Below, in pieces: positions 46,029 through 55,448 of a stretch of DNA of 64,000 bases. Position 1 is the first letter of the stretch. Each line of letters opens with the position of its first letter. The DNA comes from an uncultured Opitutaceae bacterium. Lineage in GTDB: Bacteria > Verrucomicrobiota > Verrucomicrobiia > Opitutales > Opitutaceae. Location of the stretch: NCBI GenBank assembly GCA_947085165.1, contig CAMTVI010000003.1:79248-143247 (forward strand), written 5' to 3'. A program made the translations under genes and the position numbers. Below the pieces are notes generated by a model. The model did not search any database and was not told where the DNA came from. It saw only the letters and a list, made by a program, of their open reading frames with translations.

Positions 46029-47663
46029 TCAGCGCCGGTCCGACTCGTAGCCGGAATTTTGCTCCGCCCAACGCGTGAGGGCGAGGCGGTGAATTTTGGC
46101 GTTGTGACGCACATCGACGGGAAATTGCCGGTGCAGATAAGTCAGGCGAATGGGATTGGTGTGCGGATGCGCGGCGCCGAGCGCGCGCAGTTCGCGCACG
46201 AGTTTGCGCCGGAGCGACGGCGTCGCCACATAAGCGGGCGAAATGGGTTCGACGACCAGCGCCGGCCGTTGTTGGCCGCGCGGGCCGTGGCCGATGAGAG
46301 CGGTGCGGCGCACGGCGGGGTGCGCGTTGAAAATCGGTTCCACCTGATCGGAATAGAGAATGCGCTCGCGGGTTTCGACGCGTTCGGCGATGCGGCCGCA
46401 AAACCAGAGCCGGCCCTCGGTGTCGAAATAACCGGCGTCCCCCATGCGATGCCACGACGACGCGCCGCCGATCTTGGCGCTAGCGGTGGCATCAGGAAGT
46501 TGATCGTAAGCTTTCGTGACGACGGGACCGCTGACGATGATTTCGCCGATCTCGCCGACGGGCAGTTCGGTGGCGTCGGCCAAGGTCGCGAGCGGCGCAT
46601 CGGTCAGCGCGATGATTTTCAAGGTGATGCCCGCAACGGGACGGCCAACGCACGTGCCGCGACCGCTGAGCGCGGCGGCGGGATCGATTTCGGACGCGGC
46701 GATGCTGCACAACGGCAACGCCTCGGTGGCGCCGTAAGGACTGTGCGCGGTGCCGTGGGGCAACAGCGCTTGCATTGCGGCGAACAAATCCGGCGGCACC
46801 GGCGCGCCCGCCATCAGCACGCGGCGCATCGTGGGCAGTTGGAGTTTTTCCGCGCGGCAATGCTGCGCGATTTTGCGCCAGAGCGTGGGCGAGCCAAAGG
46901 AGTTGGTGACGCGCTCTTGCGTGATTGCTTGGACGATTTTCGCGGGATCGACCGCGGCGGGACGCGACGGGTCAATCTCGGGCACGATGGTCGTCATGCC
47001 GAGCGCGGGATTGAAGAGCGCGAAGATTGGCAGCATCGGCAAATCTACTTCGCCGGGCTGAATGTGGTAGGTGTCGCGAATCAGTCGCACTTGCGCGTCG
47101 AACATGCCGTGTTCGTAGCAAACACCTTTCGGCGCACCGGTGGAGCCGCTGGTAAAGAGAATCGCCGCAAGGTCGTCCGGCGCGTTTTCCGCGAGTCGAG
47201 CGACGCCCGGCGTGCGACAACGCGCCGTCGGCGACGAACTCACCCAGAGGCGTTTTTCGATCGACGCGAACGCGCCGCGAAAAAGGCAACTGGCAAGTTG
47301 CGCGCTCGGGATGCCGAGCAAAAAGCGGGGCTGCGAGCGTTTCACGCAGGAGAGAAAATTCGCGCGACCCATGCCGGGGTCGATGATGACAGGCACTGCG
47401 CCAAGCTTGAAGAGCGCGAAGGCCGCCGCAATCAACGGCAGGCCGGGCCGCACCATCACCAGCACGCGGTCGCCACGGCGCACGCCGCCGGTTTCGAGGC
47501 GCGCGACCCACGCATCGACTTCGGCGTCGAGTTCGCGAAACGATAGCGTCAGGTAACGAATCTTTCCGCCCGAGCGCCCTTGCGGGACCTTGATGGCGGC
47601 GACGTCGGGCTGTTGCGCGGCGACGAGCGGCAGGTGGCGGGCAATGTTGGCGGACGTGGCCAC
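46029..47663 (-). CDS. oleC: AMP-dependent ligase, olefin beta-lactone synthetase (OleC type)
   Basis: IDPGMG, FTSGSTGAPKGV, PYGATEALP, HRMGD.GY and FPVDVRHNAKI. Confidence 0.82.
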   Translation of the reverse strand: MATSANIARHLPLVAAQQPDVAAIKVPQGRSGGKIRYLTLSFRELDAEVDAWVARLETGGVRRGDRVLVMVRPGLPLIAAAFALFKLGAVPVIIDPGMGRANFLSCVKRSQPRFLLGIPSAQLASCLFRGAFASIEKRLWVSSSPTARCRTPGVARLAENAPDDLAAILFTSGSTGAPKGVCYEHGMFDAQVRLIRDTYHIQPGEVDLPMLPIFALFNPALGMTTIVPEIDPSRPAAVDPAKIVQAITQERVTNSFGSPTLWRKIAQHCRAEKLQLPTMRRVLMAGAPVPPDLFAAMQALLPHGTAHSPYGATEALPLCSIAASEIDPAAALSGRGTCVGRPVAGITLKIIALTDAPLATLADATELPVGEIGEIIVSGPVVTKAYDQLPDATASAKIGGASSWHRMGDAGYFDTEGRLWFCGRIAERVETRERILYSDQVEPIFNAHPAVRRTALIGHGPRGQQRPALVVEPISPAYVATPSLRRKLVRELRALGAAHPHTNPIRLTYLHRQFPVDVRHNAKIHRLALTRWAEQNSGYESDRR

Positions 47664-47678
47664 GGCGAAGTAAAAAAA

Positions 47679-48791
47679 TCAACTTTGCCACGCGGAGTCC
47701 GCGCTGAGCAATTCGGCCTGCCATGGCAGCAGCACGGCGCCGATGATCGCGGGTTCGCGGGCGATTTGCGCGAGTTGGGAACGCGTGGCGATGACGGTGG
47801 GATCGAGATTCAGTTCGTGGGCCAACTTATCGCGGTAGGACTTTAGGCGATCTTGGCGCTCGAGTTCTTCGGGTTGCATCGGCGCGTAATCGCGACGGCG
47901 CTCACGGCGCGGTAGCGTGTGCGGGTCGGTATCGAAACCGCGGCGCACGGCGTCGGACAGACTGGAGAAAAGCCGGTCGTGGCGGCGGCCGAGGTGGACG
48001 CGCAGGACTTCGGAAATGGGCAACTCGTCGGACGCGGCGCGGGCGATGCGCATGAGCATTTCGTTACCCGTGACTTTGAAGGGCGGCGTGTTGAAGCGCT
48101 CGGCGCTATGTTCGCGCCAGTGCCAAACCTCGTGCAACACGGCGAGGCCGCGCGGTCCGAGTTTTTCGGCGCCACCGATGCGCCACGCGTTTTCGTCGGG
48201 ACCGGCAAAACCTTCGCGACCCACGGCGATTTGCCAGTCGCACTTTTGCTGCAACCACGTGAGGCGGCCGAGGCGATTGAGTTCAGCGGTGAGTTTGTCG
48301 CGCAACTCCGGCAGGTAGTGCACGTCCATCGCGGCGTAATCGAGCATGTCGCGCTCGATCGGGCGGCGCGACCAGTTGGCTTTTTGGTGATCCTTGTCGA
48401 GTTTGACGCCGAAGTATTGTTCGAGGAGCGCGGCGAGGCCGAAGCGGGGAATGTTGAGCAATTGCGCGGCGAACATCGTGTCGAACAAACTGCGCGGACG
48501 AAAATCGCACAAACCGTGAAGGAGGCGCAGGTCGTAATCGCTGCCGTGCATCACAAGGTGTTTGTCGGCGAGGCGCGGCCAGAGTTCGCCCAGTGGCAGA
48601 TCGGCGAGCAGATCGACGAGGAAGATTTCGCCTTCAATGTTGATTTGCAGGAGGCAAATCGCGGTGCGGTAGCGAAAGAGGTTGTCCGCTTCGGTATCGA
48701 GCGAGATTTCGGCGACGCGATCGAGCGCAGCGTAAAGCGGGGCGAGTTGCGCGGGAGCCGTGATGAGAGAATAGGAGGGAGATTGATTCAC
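47679..48791 (-). CDS. rnd: Ribonuclease D (3'-5' exonuclease plus HRDC)
   Basis: LDTEAD, H...YDL, FDT, NWSRRP and YAAMDV. Confidence 0.88.
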   Translation of the reverse strand: MNQSPSYSLITAPAQLAPLYAALDRVAEISLDTEADNLFRYRTAICLLQINIEGEIFLVDLLADLPLGELWPRLADKHLVMHGSDYDLRLLHGLCDFRPRSLFDTMFAAQLLNIPRFGLAALLEQYFGVKLDKDHQKANWSRRPIERDMLDYAAMDVHYLPELRDKLTAELNRLGRLTWLQQKCDWQIAVGREGFAGPDENAWRIGGAEKLGPRGLAVLHEVWHWREHSAERFNTPPFKVTGNEMLMRIARAASDELPISEVLRVHLGRRHDRLFSSLSDAVRRGFDTDPHTLPRRERRRDYAPMQPEELERQDRLKSYRDKLAHELNLDPTVIATRSQLAQIAREPAIIGAVLLPWQAELLSADSAWQS

Positions 48792-49663
48792 GCGGAGGGG
48801 GTGTTTGGGGTGGCGTCCCAGGCAGAGAGGAAGGCATCGATCAACTTAGGCAGATCGGCGCTGTAACCGCCTTCGAGCACGGCGGCGGTGGGTAAATTGG
48901 ATTGGCGCAACCAGCGGCCCAACTCGGCAAAGTCGGAACCGTCGAGCGACATTTCGGTGAGGGGATCGTCGGCGTAGGCGTCGAATCCGGCGGAGACGAG
49001 CACAAGGTCGGGTTTGAAATTGAGCACGGCTTCCCACGAACGCGCGAGTTCGCCGAGGTGGAGTTCGCGCGTGGCGTGTGGGGCGACGGGAAAATTGCGG
49101 CAATTCACCGTCGAGCGCGTGCCGGTGCCGGGGTAACCGGGAAATTGGTGCACCGACGAGAAGAAGACGCCGGGGCGACCTTCGAGAATGTCCTCGGTGC
49201 CGTTGCCGTGATGCGCGTCGAAATCCCATACCGCCACGCGCACGCAGCCGCCGCCTTGGGCGTTGAGTGCGGCGACGGCGATTTGGTTGAGGTAACAGAA
49301 GCCCATCGCCTGATTGCGCGTGCAATGGTGGCCGGGCGGACGCATCAGTGCGAAGGCGCGTTCGCCAACGAGCGCAGCGTGCGCTGCATCGAGGGCGGCG
49401 CCGACGGCGCAACGCGCATGCGCATAAATGTCGGGAAAAAACGGCGTGTCTTCGTCAAAATCAGGGCCGTGTTGCAACCGCTTGAGAAGCGCGGGAGTGT
49501 GCGCGGTGAGCAACACGGACTCGTCGATGGCCTGCGGTTGCCGCCAAATCCAGTCGGGATGCTGTGTGCGCAGTCGTGCGGCGCTGTGTTGGACGCGGGA
49601 AGGTTGTTCCGGTCGCAGGTGCGAGCCGTATTCCGCGCAAGAGGGATCGTGAAAGAGAATCAT
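48788..49663 (-). CDS. Histone deacetylase family protein
   Basis: RPPGHH, GFC, DFDAHHGNGT, SAGFD and LEGGY. Confidence 0.9.
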   Translation of the reverse strand: MILFHDPSCAEYGSHLRPEQPSRVQHSAARLRTQHPDWIWRQPQAIDESVLLTAHTPALLKRLQHGPDFDEDTPFFPDIYAHARCAVGAALDAAHAALVGERAFALMRPPGHHCTRNQAMGFCYLNQIAVAALNAQGGGCVRVAVWDFDAHHGNGTEDILEGRPGVFFSSVHQFPGYPGTGTRSTVNCRNFPVAPHATRELHLGELARSWEAVLNFKPDLVLVSAGFDAYADDPLTEMSLDGSDFAELGRWLRQSNLPTAAVLEGGYSADLPKLIDAFLSAWDATPNTPSA

Positions 49664-49707
49664 GAACTGTGTCCGCCCACGGACAGAAGGAAAGTGTCAG
49701 AGAAAAG

Positions 49708-50409
49708 CTAAACGACCCGCCTCAGCAAGGCCGGATTATCGCCGAGCAAACCATCGACGCCCCACCCTGCCAACCGGCGCGCCGCGACGGCGGTGTTGAC
49801 GGTCCAGCACCACACGGAAAACGAGCGCGCGTGAAAATACGCGACCATCGCCGCCGAGTGCACGGCGCGGTGGTCGATACTAATACCGCTGGCGGAGCAC
49901 GCCGCCGCTTGGCGTGCGAGCGCGTCTGGTGGGCGGCGGCCTGTGGTGATGAGCATGCGGGGAATTGTGGGCGCGAGCTGCGCGGCTTCGCGCACGCTGG
50001 CGGCGTCGAACGAGGCGAGAATCACCCATGCGGTCGCACGGGCGGCGCGCACCGCGCGAATGACGGGTGCGACGCCGACGCCGCCCTTGAGTTCGATTTG
50101 CACCAGCGCGCGGCCCCGGGTGAGGCGGAGCACGTCTACCAAGCGCGGGATTGGCTCGGTGCCGTTGACGCGCAGGGGGCTGAGTTCGCGCCAGGTGCGC
50201 TCGGCGAGTCGTCCGCGGGAGCCGGTGAGGCGGCGCAAAGTGGAATCGTGAAAGACGACCGGCACGCCATCGCGCGTGAAATGCACGTCGAGTTCGATGC
50301 CGTCGACTTTGAGTTCCAGCGCGCGTTGAAACGCCGCGAGCGTGTTCTCGGGTTTTTCGGCGGAAGCGCCGCGATGGGCGATGATCAGCGGTGAAGACAC
50401 GGCGCGCAT
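49708..50409 (-). CDS. Glycerophosphodiester phosphodiesterase
   Basis: IAHRGAS..PENT, IELDV, FHD, IELK and WTVN. Confidence 0.88.
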   Translation of the reverse strand: MRAVSSPLIIAHRGASAEKPENTLAAFQRALELKVDGIELDVHFTRDGVPVVFHDSTLRRLTGSRGRLAERTWRELSPLRVNGTEPIPRLVDVLRLTRGRALVQIELKGGVGVAPVIRAVRAARATAWVILASFDAASVREAAQLAPTIPRMLITTGRRPPDALARQAAACSASGISIDHRAVHSAAMVAYFHARSFSVWCWTVNTAVAARRLAGWGVDGLLGDNPALLRRVV

Positions 50410-50525
50410 CCTAGCACGAGTGCGGGCCGACGCCAGCGCGCGGTTGGGCGGAGGGCAATGGATTCCGAGGTGCGCGGGCTGTTATTGCGGTGTCATTTCG
50501 GCGGAATTATGAGCAAGCTCGCGGC

Positions 50526-51215
50526 ATGAAAGTCGTGGTCTTGTGTTCCGGCGGGATGGATTCGGTCGCGGCGCTCCATTGGGCGCGGCAGCAACACAAC
50601 GTGCGCGCAGTGCTGAGTTTTGATTACGGGGCGAAGCACAATCACCGCGAAATTCCGTTCGCCGCGGAGCAGTCACGCTTGTTCGGCGTGCCGCATCACG
50701 TGGTGCCGCTGGCGTTCATCGGCGAACATTTTACCTCGGCGCTGTTGCAGGGCGGCGCGGAGATTCCCGAGGGCCATTACGCGGCGGAGAATATGAAGCA
50801 AACCGTCGTGCCGTTTCGCAACGGCATCATGCTCGCAGTGGCGGGCGGGTTTGCGGAGAGCGTTGGGGCGGAGGGATTGGTGATCGCGGCGCACGGCGGC
50901 GACCACGCGATTTATCCGGATTGCCGCGAGGAATTCATGGCGGCGATGGGCGAGGCGCTGCAACGCGGGACGTATGCGGGCATCCAGTTGCTGCGGCCGT
51001 TCATCGCATTGACCAAGGCGCAGATTGCCGCGACCGGCGCGCAACTCGGCGTGGATTTCGCGCGCACGTGGTCGTGTTACAAGGGTGGCGCGGTGCACTG
51101 CGGGCGTTGCGGCACCTGCGTAGAGCGACGCGAGGCGTTTCAGGACGCGGGTCTGGCTGATCCGACGCATTACGAAAACACGGACCCGTTGCCGGCGAGG
51201 CCGGAAGCAAAATAA
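50526..51215 (+). CDS. queC: 7-cyano-7-deazaguanine synthase
   Basis: SGGMDS, VPFRN, YPDCR and TWSCY...CG.CGTC. Confidence 0.95.
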   Translation: MKVVVLCSGGMDSVAALHWARQQHNVRAVLSFDYGAKHNHREIPFAAEQSRLFGVPHHVVPLAFIGEHFTSALLQGGAEIPEGHYAAENMKQTVVPFRNGIMLAVAGGFAESVGAEGLVIAAHGGDHAIYPDCREEFMAAMGEALQRGTYAGIQLLRPFIALTKAQIAATGAQLGVDFARTWSCYKGGAVHCGRCGTCVERREAFQDAGLADPTHYENTDPLPARPEAK

Positions 51216-51294
51216 ACACGGAAACGCGCATGAAGACGGAAGGACGAAGGTTTTTGTCGGTGCGTTGCGGCGAGTTTCGTGATGAAAGGAAGCG

Positions 51295-51987
51295 ATGCTG
51301 ATTTCGGAAATATTCCATTCCATTCAGGGCGAAGGCGAGTTGACGGGCGTGCCGTCGGTCTTCGTGCGCACGAGCGGCTGCAACTTGCGGTGCAATTGGT
51401 GCGACACGCCGTATGCGTCGTGGCAACCGGAAGGAAAGCAGATGACGGTGGAGGAAATCATGACCGAGGTGGCACGGTATCCGGCGCGGCACGTGGTGTT
51501 GACGGGCGGCGAGCCGATGATTGCGCCGGGGATGCACGAGTTGGCGTATCAATTACAGGAAGCGGCGTATCACCTCACGATTGAAACGGCGGCGACCGTC
51601 GCGCCGAGCGGCATTGCGTGTGATTTGGCGTCGCTCAGTCCGAAGTTGGCGCACTCTGCGCCGGATGCGCGGCTCGACGACGCGTGGCGGCGCAAGCACG
51701 AGGAGTTACGCTGGCAACCGGAAGTGATCGCGGCGTGGATCGCGGCGGGGAATTATCAATTGAAATTCGTCGTCAGTTCCGCGGCCGATCTGGCGGAAAT
51801 CGAAGCGATGATGACCGCGACGGAATGCGCGGTGCCGCCGCACAAAATTTTACTGATGCCGGAAGGGATAACGATCGAGACGTTGCGCGAGCGCAGCGCG
51901 TGGTTGAGCGAAGTGTGCAAGGAGCGCGGCTACCGTTACGCGCATCGGTTGCACGTGGAGCTTTACGGCAATCGGCGCGGCACGTAG
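51295..51987 (+). CDS. queE: 7-carboxy-7-deazaguanine synthase (radical SAM)
   Basis: EIFHSIQGEG, GCNLRCNWCDT, LTGGEP, IET and SPK. Confidence 0.92.
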   Translation: MLISEIFHSIQGEGELTGVPSVFVRTSGCNLRCNWCDTPYASWQPEGKQMTVEEIMTEVARYPARHVVLTGGEPMIAPGMHELAYQLQEAAYHLTIETAATVAPSGIACDLASLSPKLAHSAPDARLDDAWRRKHEELRWQPEVIAAWIAAGNYQLKFVVSSAADLAEIEAMMTATECAVPPHKILLMPEGITIETLRERSAWLSEVCKERGYRYAHRLHVELYGNRRGT

Positions 51988-51998
51988 CGCGAACACCG

Positions 51999-52637
51999 AT
52001 GAAAATCGTGCGACAACAAGAGCTTCCGCGGCGGCTGTCGGAGGAGTTGGCGGATTTACAGACGTGGGCGGCGGCGCGGGCAGTGACGTTGCGCGAAGTG
52101 ATCTATGTGATGCGCGGGCGGGCCTATTTGCTGCTCGTGGTGTTGTTGACGCTGCCGTTTCTCACCCTGATTCCGCTGCCGGGCTTGTCGACACCATTCG
52201 GGCTGGTGATTGCGGCGATCGCGCTGCGCTTGGCGCTCGGCCAACGACCGTGGTTGCCGACGCGGTGGCAGCGGTTGGCGTTGCCAGTGGGATTTTTGCA
52301 ACGCGTGCTGACGGTGGCACGGTGGATTATCCGGTGGTTGGAAAAATTACTGCGGCCGCGTTGGGCGTGGTTGACGAAGACACCGGCCCTGAAACAACTG
52401 CACGCCTTCACGATGTTGCTCGCGTCGCTGGTGCTGCTGTTGCCGCTGCCGATTCCGTTTACCAATTCATTTCCGGCGTGGGCGATTCTGTTGCTGGCGG
52501 GCGGCTTGCTGGAGCGCGACGGCGTAGCGGTGCTGCTGGGCTACGTCGTGTTCGCGGCAGGCGTGTTGTATTTCGTCTTCCTTGGCGAAGCAGCGGCGCA
52601 ATTGATCGCGTCGCTACTGGAGTGGGTGCGCAATTGA
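51999..52637 (+). CDS. exoD: ExoD family membrane protein
   Basis: LP....IP.PG.ST.FG, PWLP, LP.P.PFTN..PA and LLERDG. Confidence 0.85.
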   Translation: MKIVRQQELPRRLSEELADLQTWAAARAVTLREVIYVMRGRAYLLLVVLLTLPFLTLIPLPGLSTPFGLVIAAIALRLALGQRPWLPTRWQRLALPVGFLQRVLTVARWIIRWLEKLLRPRWAWLTKTPALKQLHAFTMLLASLVLLLPLPIPFTNSFPAWAILLLAGGLLERDGVAVLLGYVVFAAGVLYFVFLGEAAAQLIASLLEWVRN

Positions 52638-52687
52638 CCATCGCGGCGCCGCTGCGGAGCCCGATCGAGTTGAGCGAAGATTTACTC

Positions 52688-53698
52688 CTACACCGCCGGC
52701 GGACGGGCTGGGCGCAACAACGAAAGAATCACGGAGCCGGCGAGGAGTGCGGCGATGATGCCGAGGGACCACGCGATGGGGAATTTGCCGCCGAAGGCAT
52801 CGTTCAACCACACCATTTTGAGGCCGACAAAAACGAGCACCAAACCCAGTCCGTATTTCAGGAAATGGAATTTGTGCATGACGCCGGCGAGGAGGAAAAA
52901 CAGCGCGCGCAAACCGAGAATGGCGAAAATATTGGAAGTGAAAACGATCAGCGGTTCCTTGGTTATCGCGAAGATGGCCGGCACGCTGTCGACCGCGAAA
53001 ACGATATCCGTCAATTCAAGGAAAACGAGGCACACGAACAGCGGCGTGGCGTGAAGGATGCCGTTGTGACGCGTGAAGAAACTTTGCCCTTCGAGGGTTG
53101 ACGTCACGGGAAGCAGGCGACGCAAGACGCGCAGGATCGGGTTCTTTTCCGGCTCGATTGGTTTTTCGGGCGCGAACAAGAGTTTGATGCCGGTGAAAAT
53201 AAGAAACGCGCCAAACACCCAAATGACCCAGTGAAATTGCATCAGCACCGCACCGAGACTGATGAAGATGATGCGGAAAATAAGAGCACCCAGGATACCG
53301 AAGAACAGCACGCGATGCTGGTATTTCGGCGGAATCCCAAAGTAGGTGAAGACGACGATGAAGACGAAAATATTGTCCACCGACAGTGCCTTTTCGACGA
53401 TGAATCCGGTGAGGTATTCGAGTCCGACCTGACGGGCGAGCAACGCGTGATCGAGCCCAACCAGGCGCGGATCGAGCGGGAGTTTCCACAACGCATACTG
53501 GTAAAGTCCGTAGCCGAAAATCAACGCGAGCGTGATCCAGGTGATGCTCCAGCCGGTGGCCTCTTTGACGCTAACGACATGGGCTTCGCGGTGAAAAACC
53601 CCGAGATCGAGCGCAAGCATGCCGAGCACGAAGACCGTGAATCCAGCGTAGAACCACCAGTAGTCGGCGAAAGGGAAGAGTAAGGGAGCAAGAGCCAT
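52688..53698 (-). CDS. TerC/Alx family metal homeostasis membrane protein
   Basis: EKALSVDN, QHRVLF.G, DIVFAVDSVPA and FTSNIFAILGLR. Confidence 0.92.
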   Translation of the reverse strand: MALAPLLFPFADYWWFYAGFTVFVLGMLALDLGVFHREAHVVSVKEATGWSITWITLALIFGYGLYQYALWKLPLDPRLVGLDHALLARQVGLEYLTGFIVEKALSVDNIFVFIVVFTYFGIPPKYQHRVLFFGILGALIFRIIFISLGAVLMQFHWVIWVFGAFLIFTGIKLLFAPEKPIEPEKNPILRVLRRLLPVTSTLEGQSFFTRHNGILHATPLFVCLVFLELTDIVFAVDSVPAIFAITKEPLIVFTSNIFAILGLRALFFLLAGVMHKFHFLKYGLGLVLVFVGLKMVWLNDAFGGKFPIAWSLGIIAALLAGSVILSLLRPARPPAV

Positions 53699-53813
53699 AA
53701 AGCAGCACAGCATCTCGTGACGCCGTTGGGCGACAAGACTGGTTTTATTGTAATTTTGCGCGGCGTTTCCACCCGCCGCTTGACCCGCGAAGCCGGGCGC
53801 GGTGGCATCGAGC

Positions 53814-54254
53814 ATGAGCTTCAACGTCGCGCATCTCGCGTTTGTTCACGCCGGTATCACCATGGCGTTGGCAGGAGTAATCTGGACCGTGCAACGGGCG
53901 ATCTATCCGCAATTCGCGGCGGTCGGGCGCGAAGCATTTGCCGAGTTTCACCGTCGCTACGTGCGCGGGATCACGTGGGTCGTCGGCCCGTTGATGGGTG
54001 CGGAAGTCGCTACGGCTGCGGGACTCTTGTGGCTCGGCGTGCGCGGGCCGCTGTTTCTCGGCTCGCTCGTATTGGTGGCGATGATTTGGGCGATCACGGT
54101 GGCGGTGGAAATGCCGTTGCACCGTCGCCTCGGCACCGGCTTTGACGCCACCGCGCATCGCCAGCTCGTGTGGATGAACTGGGCGCGCACACTTGGTTGG
54201 ACCGCGCGCACGGTCATGGTTGGCGCGTGGTTGTTTAATCTGTCGGCGTGGTAA
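53814..54254 (+). CDS. Small four-helix membrane protein
   Basis: GVIWTVQ...YP.F, P.H..L and NW.RT..W. Confidence 0.7.
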   Translation: MSFNVAHLAFVHAGITMALAGVIWTVQRAIYPQFAAVGREAFAEFHRRYVRGITWVVGPLMGAEVATAAGLLWLGVRGPLFLGSLVLVAMIWAITVAVEMPLHRRLGTGFDATAHRQLVWMNWARTLGWTARTVMVGAWLFNLSAW

Positions 54255-54285
54255 CGCTGTGCTTCACCACGGAGCATCGGCGGAG

Positions 54286-54342
54286 GTAGCGGCGAGCGCC
54301 CGCGAGCCGACGGAGTTTCCACTCGCTGGCGCTCGCGGCCAC
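54286..54342. repeat. Inverted doublet of REP-like family A between convergent genes
   Basis: GTAGCGGCGAGCGCCCGCGAGCCGA plus inverted GTGGCCGCGAGCGCCAGCGAGTGGA. Confidence 0.65.
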
Positions 54343-54380
54343 CATGGGAGCAGGCGCTTCTTGGAGAAGCGCTGTTGCGG

Positions 54381-55376
54381 TCACATCTTCACGACCAGTT
54401 TACCGAATTGAGCGCCCGCTTCCATGCGACGGAGGGCCGCATCGGTTTCGGCCAACGGAAACACGGTATCGACGATGGGCCGAATCCTCGCCGCCGCCAC
54501 GTTTGCCGTCATGCCCGCAAAATCCGCGGGCGAACCCATCGTGGTGCCGAGCAAATTGATTTGGCGGAAGAAGCTCTTGCGCATGTCGAACAGCTTCGGG
54601 TTGCCCGCCGTGGCGCCGAAAAATGCGATGCGCCCACCCGGCGCGGAGAGATCGAGCAACTTCGGGAAACCGTCGCCACCCGCGCTGTCGATGATGACGG
54701 AGAACGGCCCCGCTTTTTGCGCGAGTTGCTCGGCCCAATCCGCATCACGGTAATTCACGCCGCCGGCGGCACCGAGTTCGCGGGCGCGCGCGATTTTTTC
54801 CGCCGAACTGGACGTCACCCACACTTCCGCTTTCGCAGCGACGGCAAATTGAAAAGCGAACAGCGCCGCGCCGCCACCGATGCCGGTGATGAGCACGCGT
54901 TCACCCGCTCGCAGTTGTGCGCGAGTGAAGAGCGCGCGCCACGCGGTGAGTCCGGCGAGCGGCAACGCGGCGGCTTCCTCCCAAGTAAGATGCGCGGGCT
55001 TCTCGGCGAGATTGGCGATGGGCACAGTGATCTGTTCGGCGAAGGTGCCCGCGTCGGGCAAACCGAGGATGCGAAACTTCGGACCTTGCGCGCGCGGGTT
55101 GTCGCCCCACTCCAATGCGGGATTGATGATGACCTCACGTCCGTTCCACGCGATGGAGTCGGCATCGCCGACCGACGTGACGACGCCGGCGCCATCGGAG
55201 CCGAGAATAATTGGCAGCGAGATGCCGGGATAGAGTCCTTGTTGGATCCACAGATCGCGGTGATTCAGCGCCGCCGCTTTCAGGCGCACCACGGCATAGC
55301 CGGGTAACGCCACGGGATCGGCCACGGTGGTCAGCGCGACGGGTTGTTTGAGTGCGGTGAGTAGAGCGGCTTGCAT
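54381..55376 (-). CDS. MDR family NAD(P)H oxidoreductase
   Basis: AALNHRD, ILGSDGAG, LTAWRAL, TGIGGG and QFGKLV. Confidence 0.88.
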   Translation of the reverse strand: MQAALLTALKQPVALTTVADPVALPGYAVVRLKAAALNHRDLWIQQGLYPGISLPIILGSDGAGVVTSVGDADSIAWNGREVIINPALEWGDNPRAQGPKFRILGLPDAGTFAEQITVPIANLAEKPAHLTWEEAAALPLAGLTAWRALFTRAQLRAGERVLITGIGGGAALFAFQFAVAAKAEVWVTSSSAEKIARARELGAAGGVNYRDADWAEQLAQKAGPFSVIIDSAGGDGFPKLLDLSAPGGRIAFFGATAGNPKLFDMRKSFFRQINLLGTTMGSPADFAGMTANVAAARIRPIVDTVFPLAETDAALRRMEAGAQFGKLVVKM

Positions 55377-55448
55377 GCGACGAACATAGAAAGGCCCGGC
55401 GGCGAAGCAAACGCACAACCGGGCCAATCCTAAATGAAAACGACCGAC

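Noticed and set aside
50410-50525. preQ1 riboswitch upstream of queC
   Set aside because: No preQ1 hairpin with an A-rich tail is seen in the short divergent spacer.
51216-51290. Possible degraded hairpin repeat between queC and queE
   Set aside because: Too degenerate, and there is no clear second copy in the window.
50526-51987. queC/queE as a Dpd or Qat-type defence/DNA-modification system
   Set aside because: Both are canonical-length housekeeping forms with no dpdA, qat or nuclease genes nearby.
53699-53813. Expected yybP-ykoY (Mn) riboswitch upstream of terC/alx
   Set aside because: No GGGGAGUAG-type or CGUCA-loop conserved elements are visible on the minus strand.
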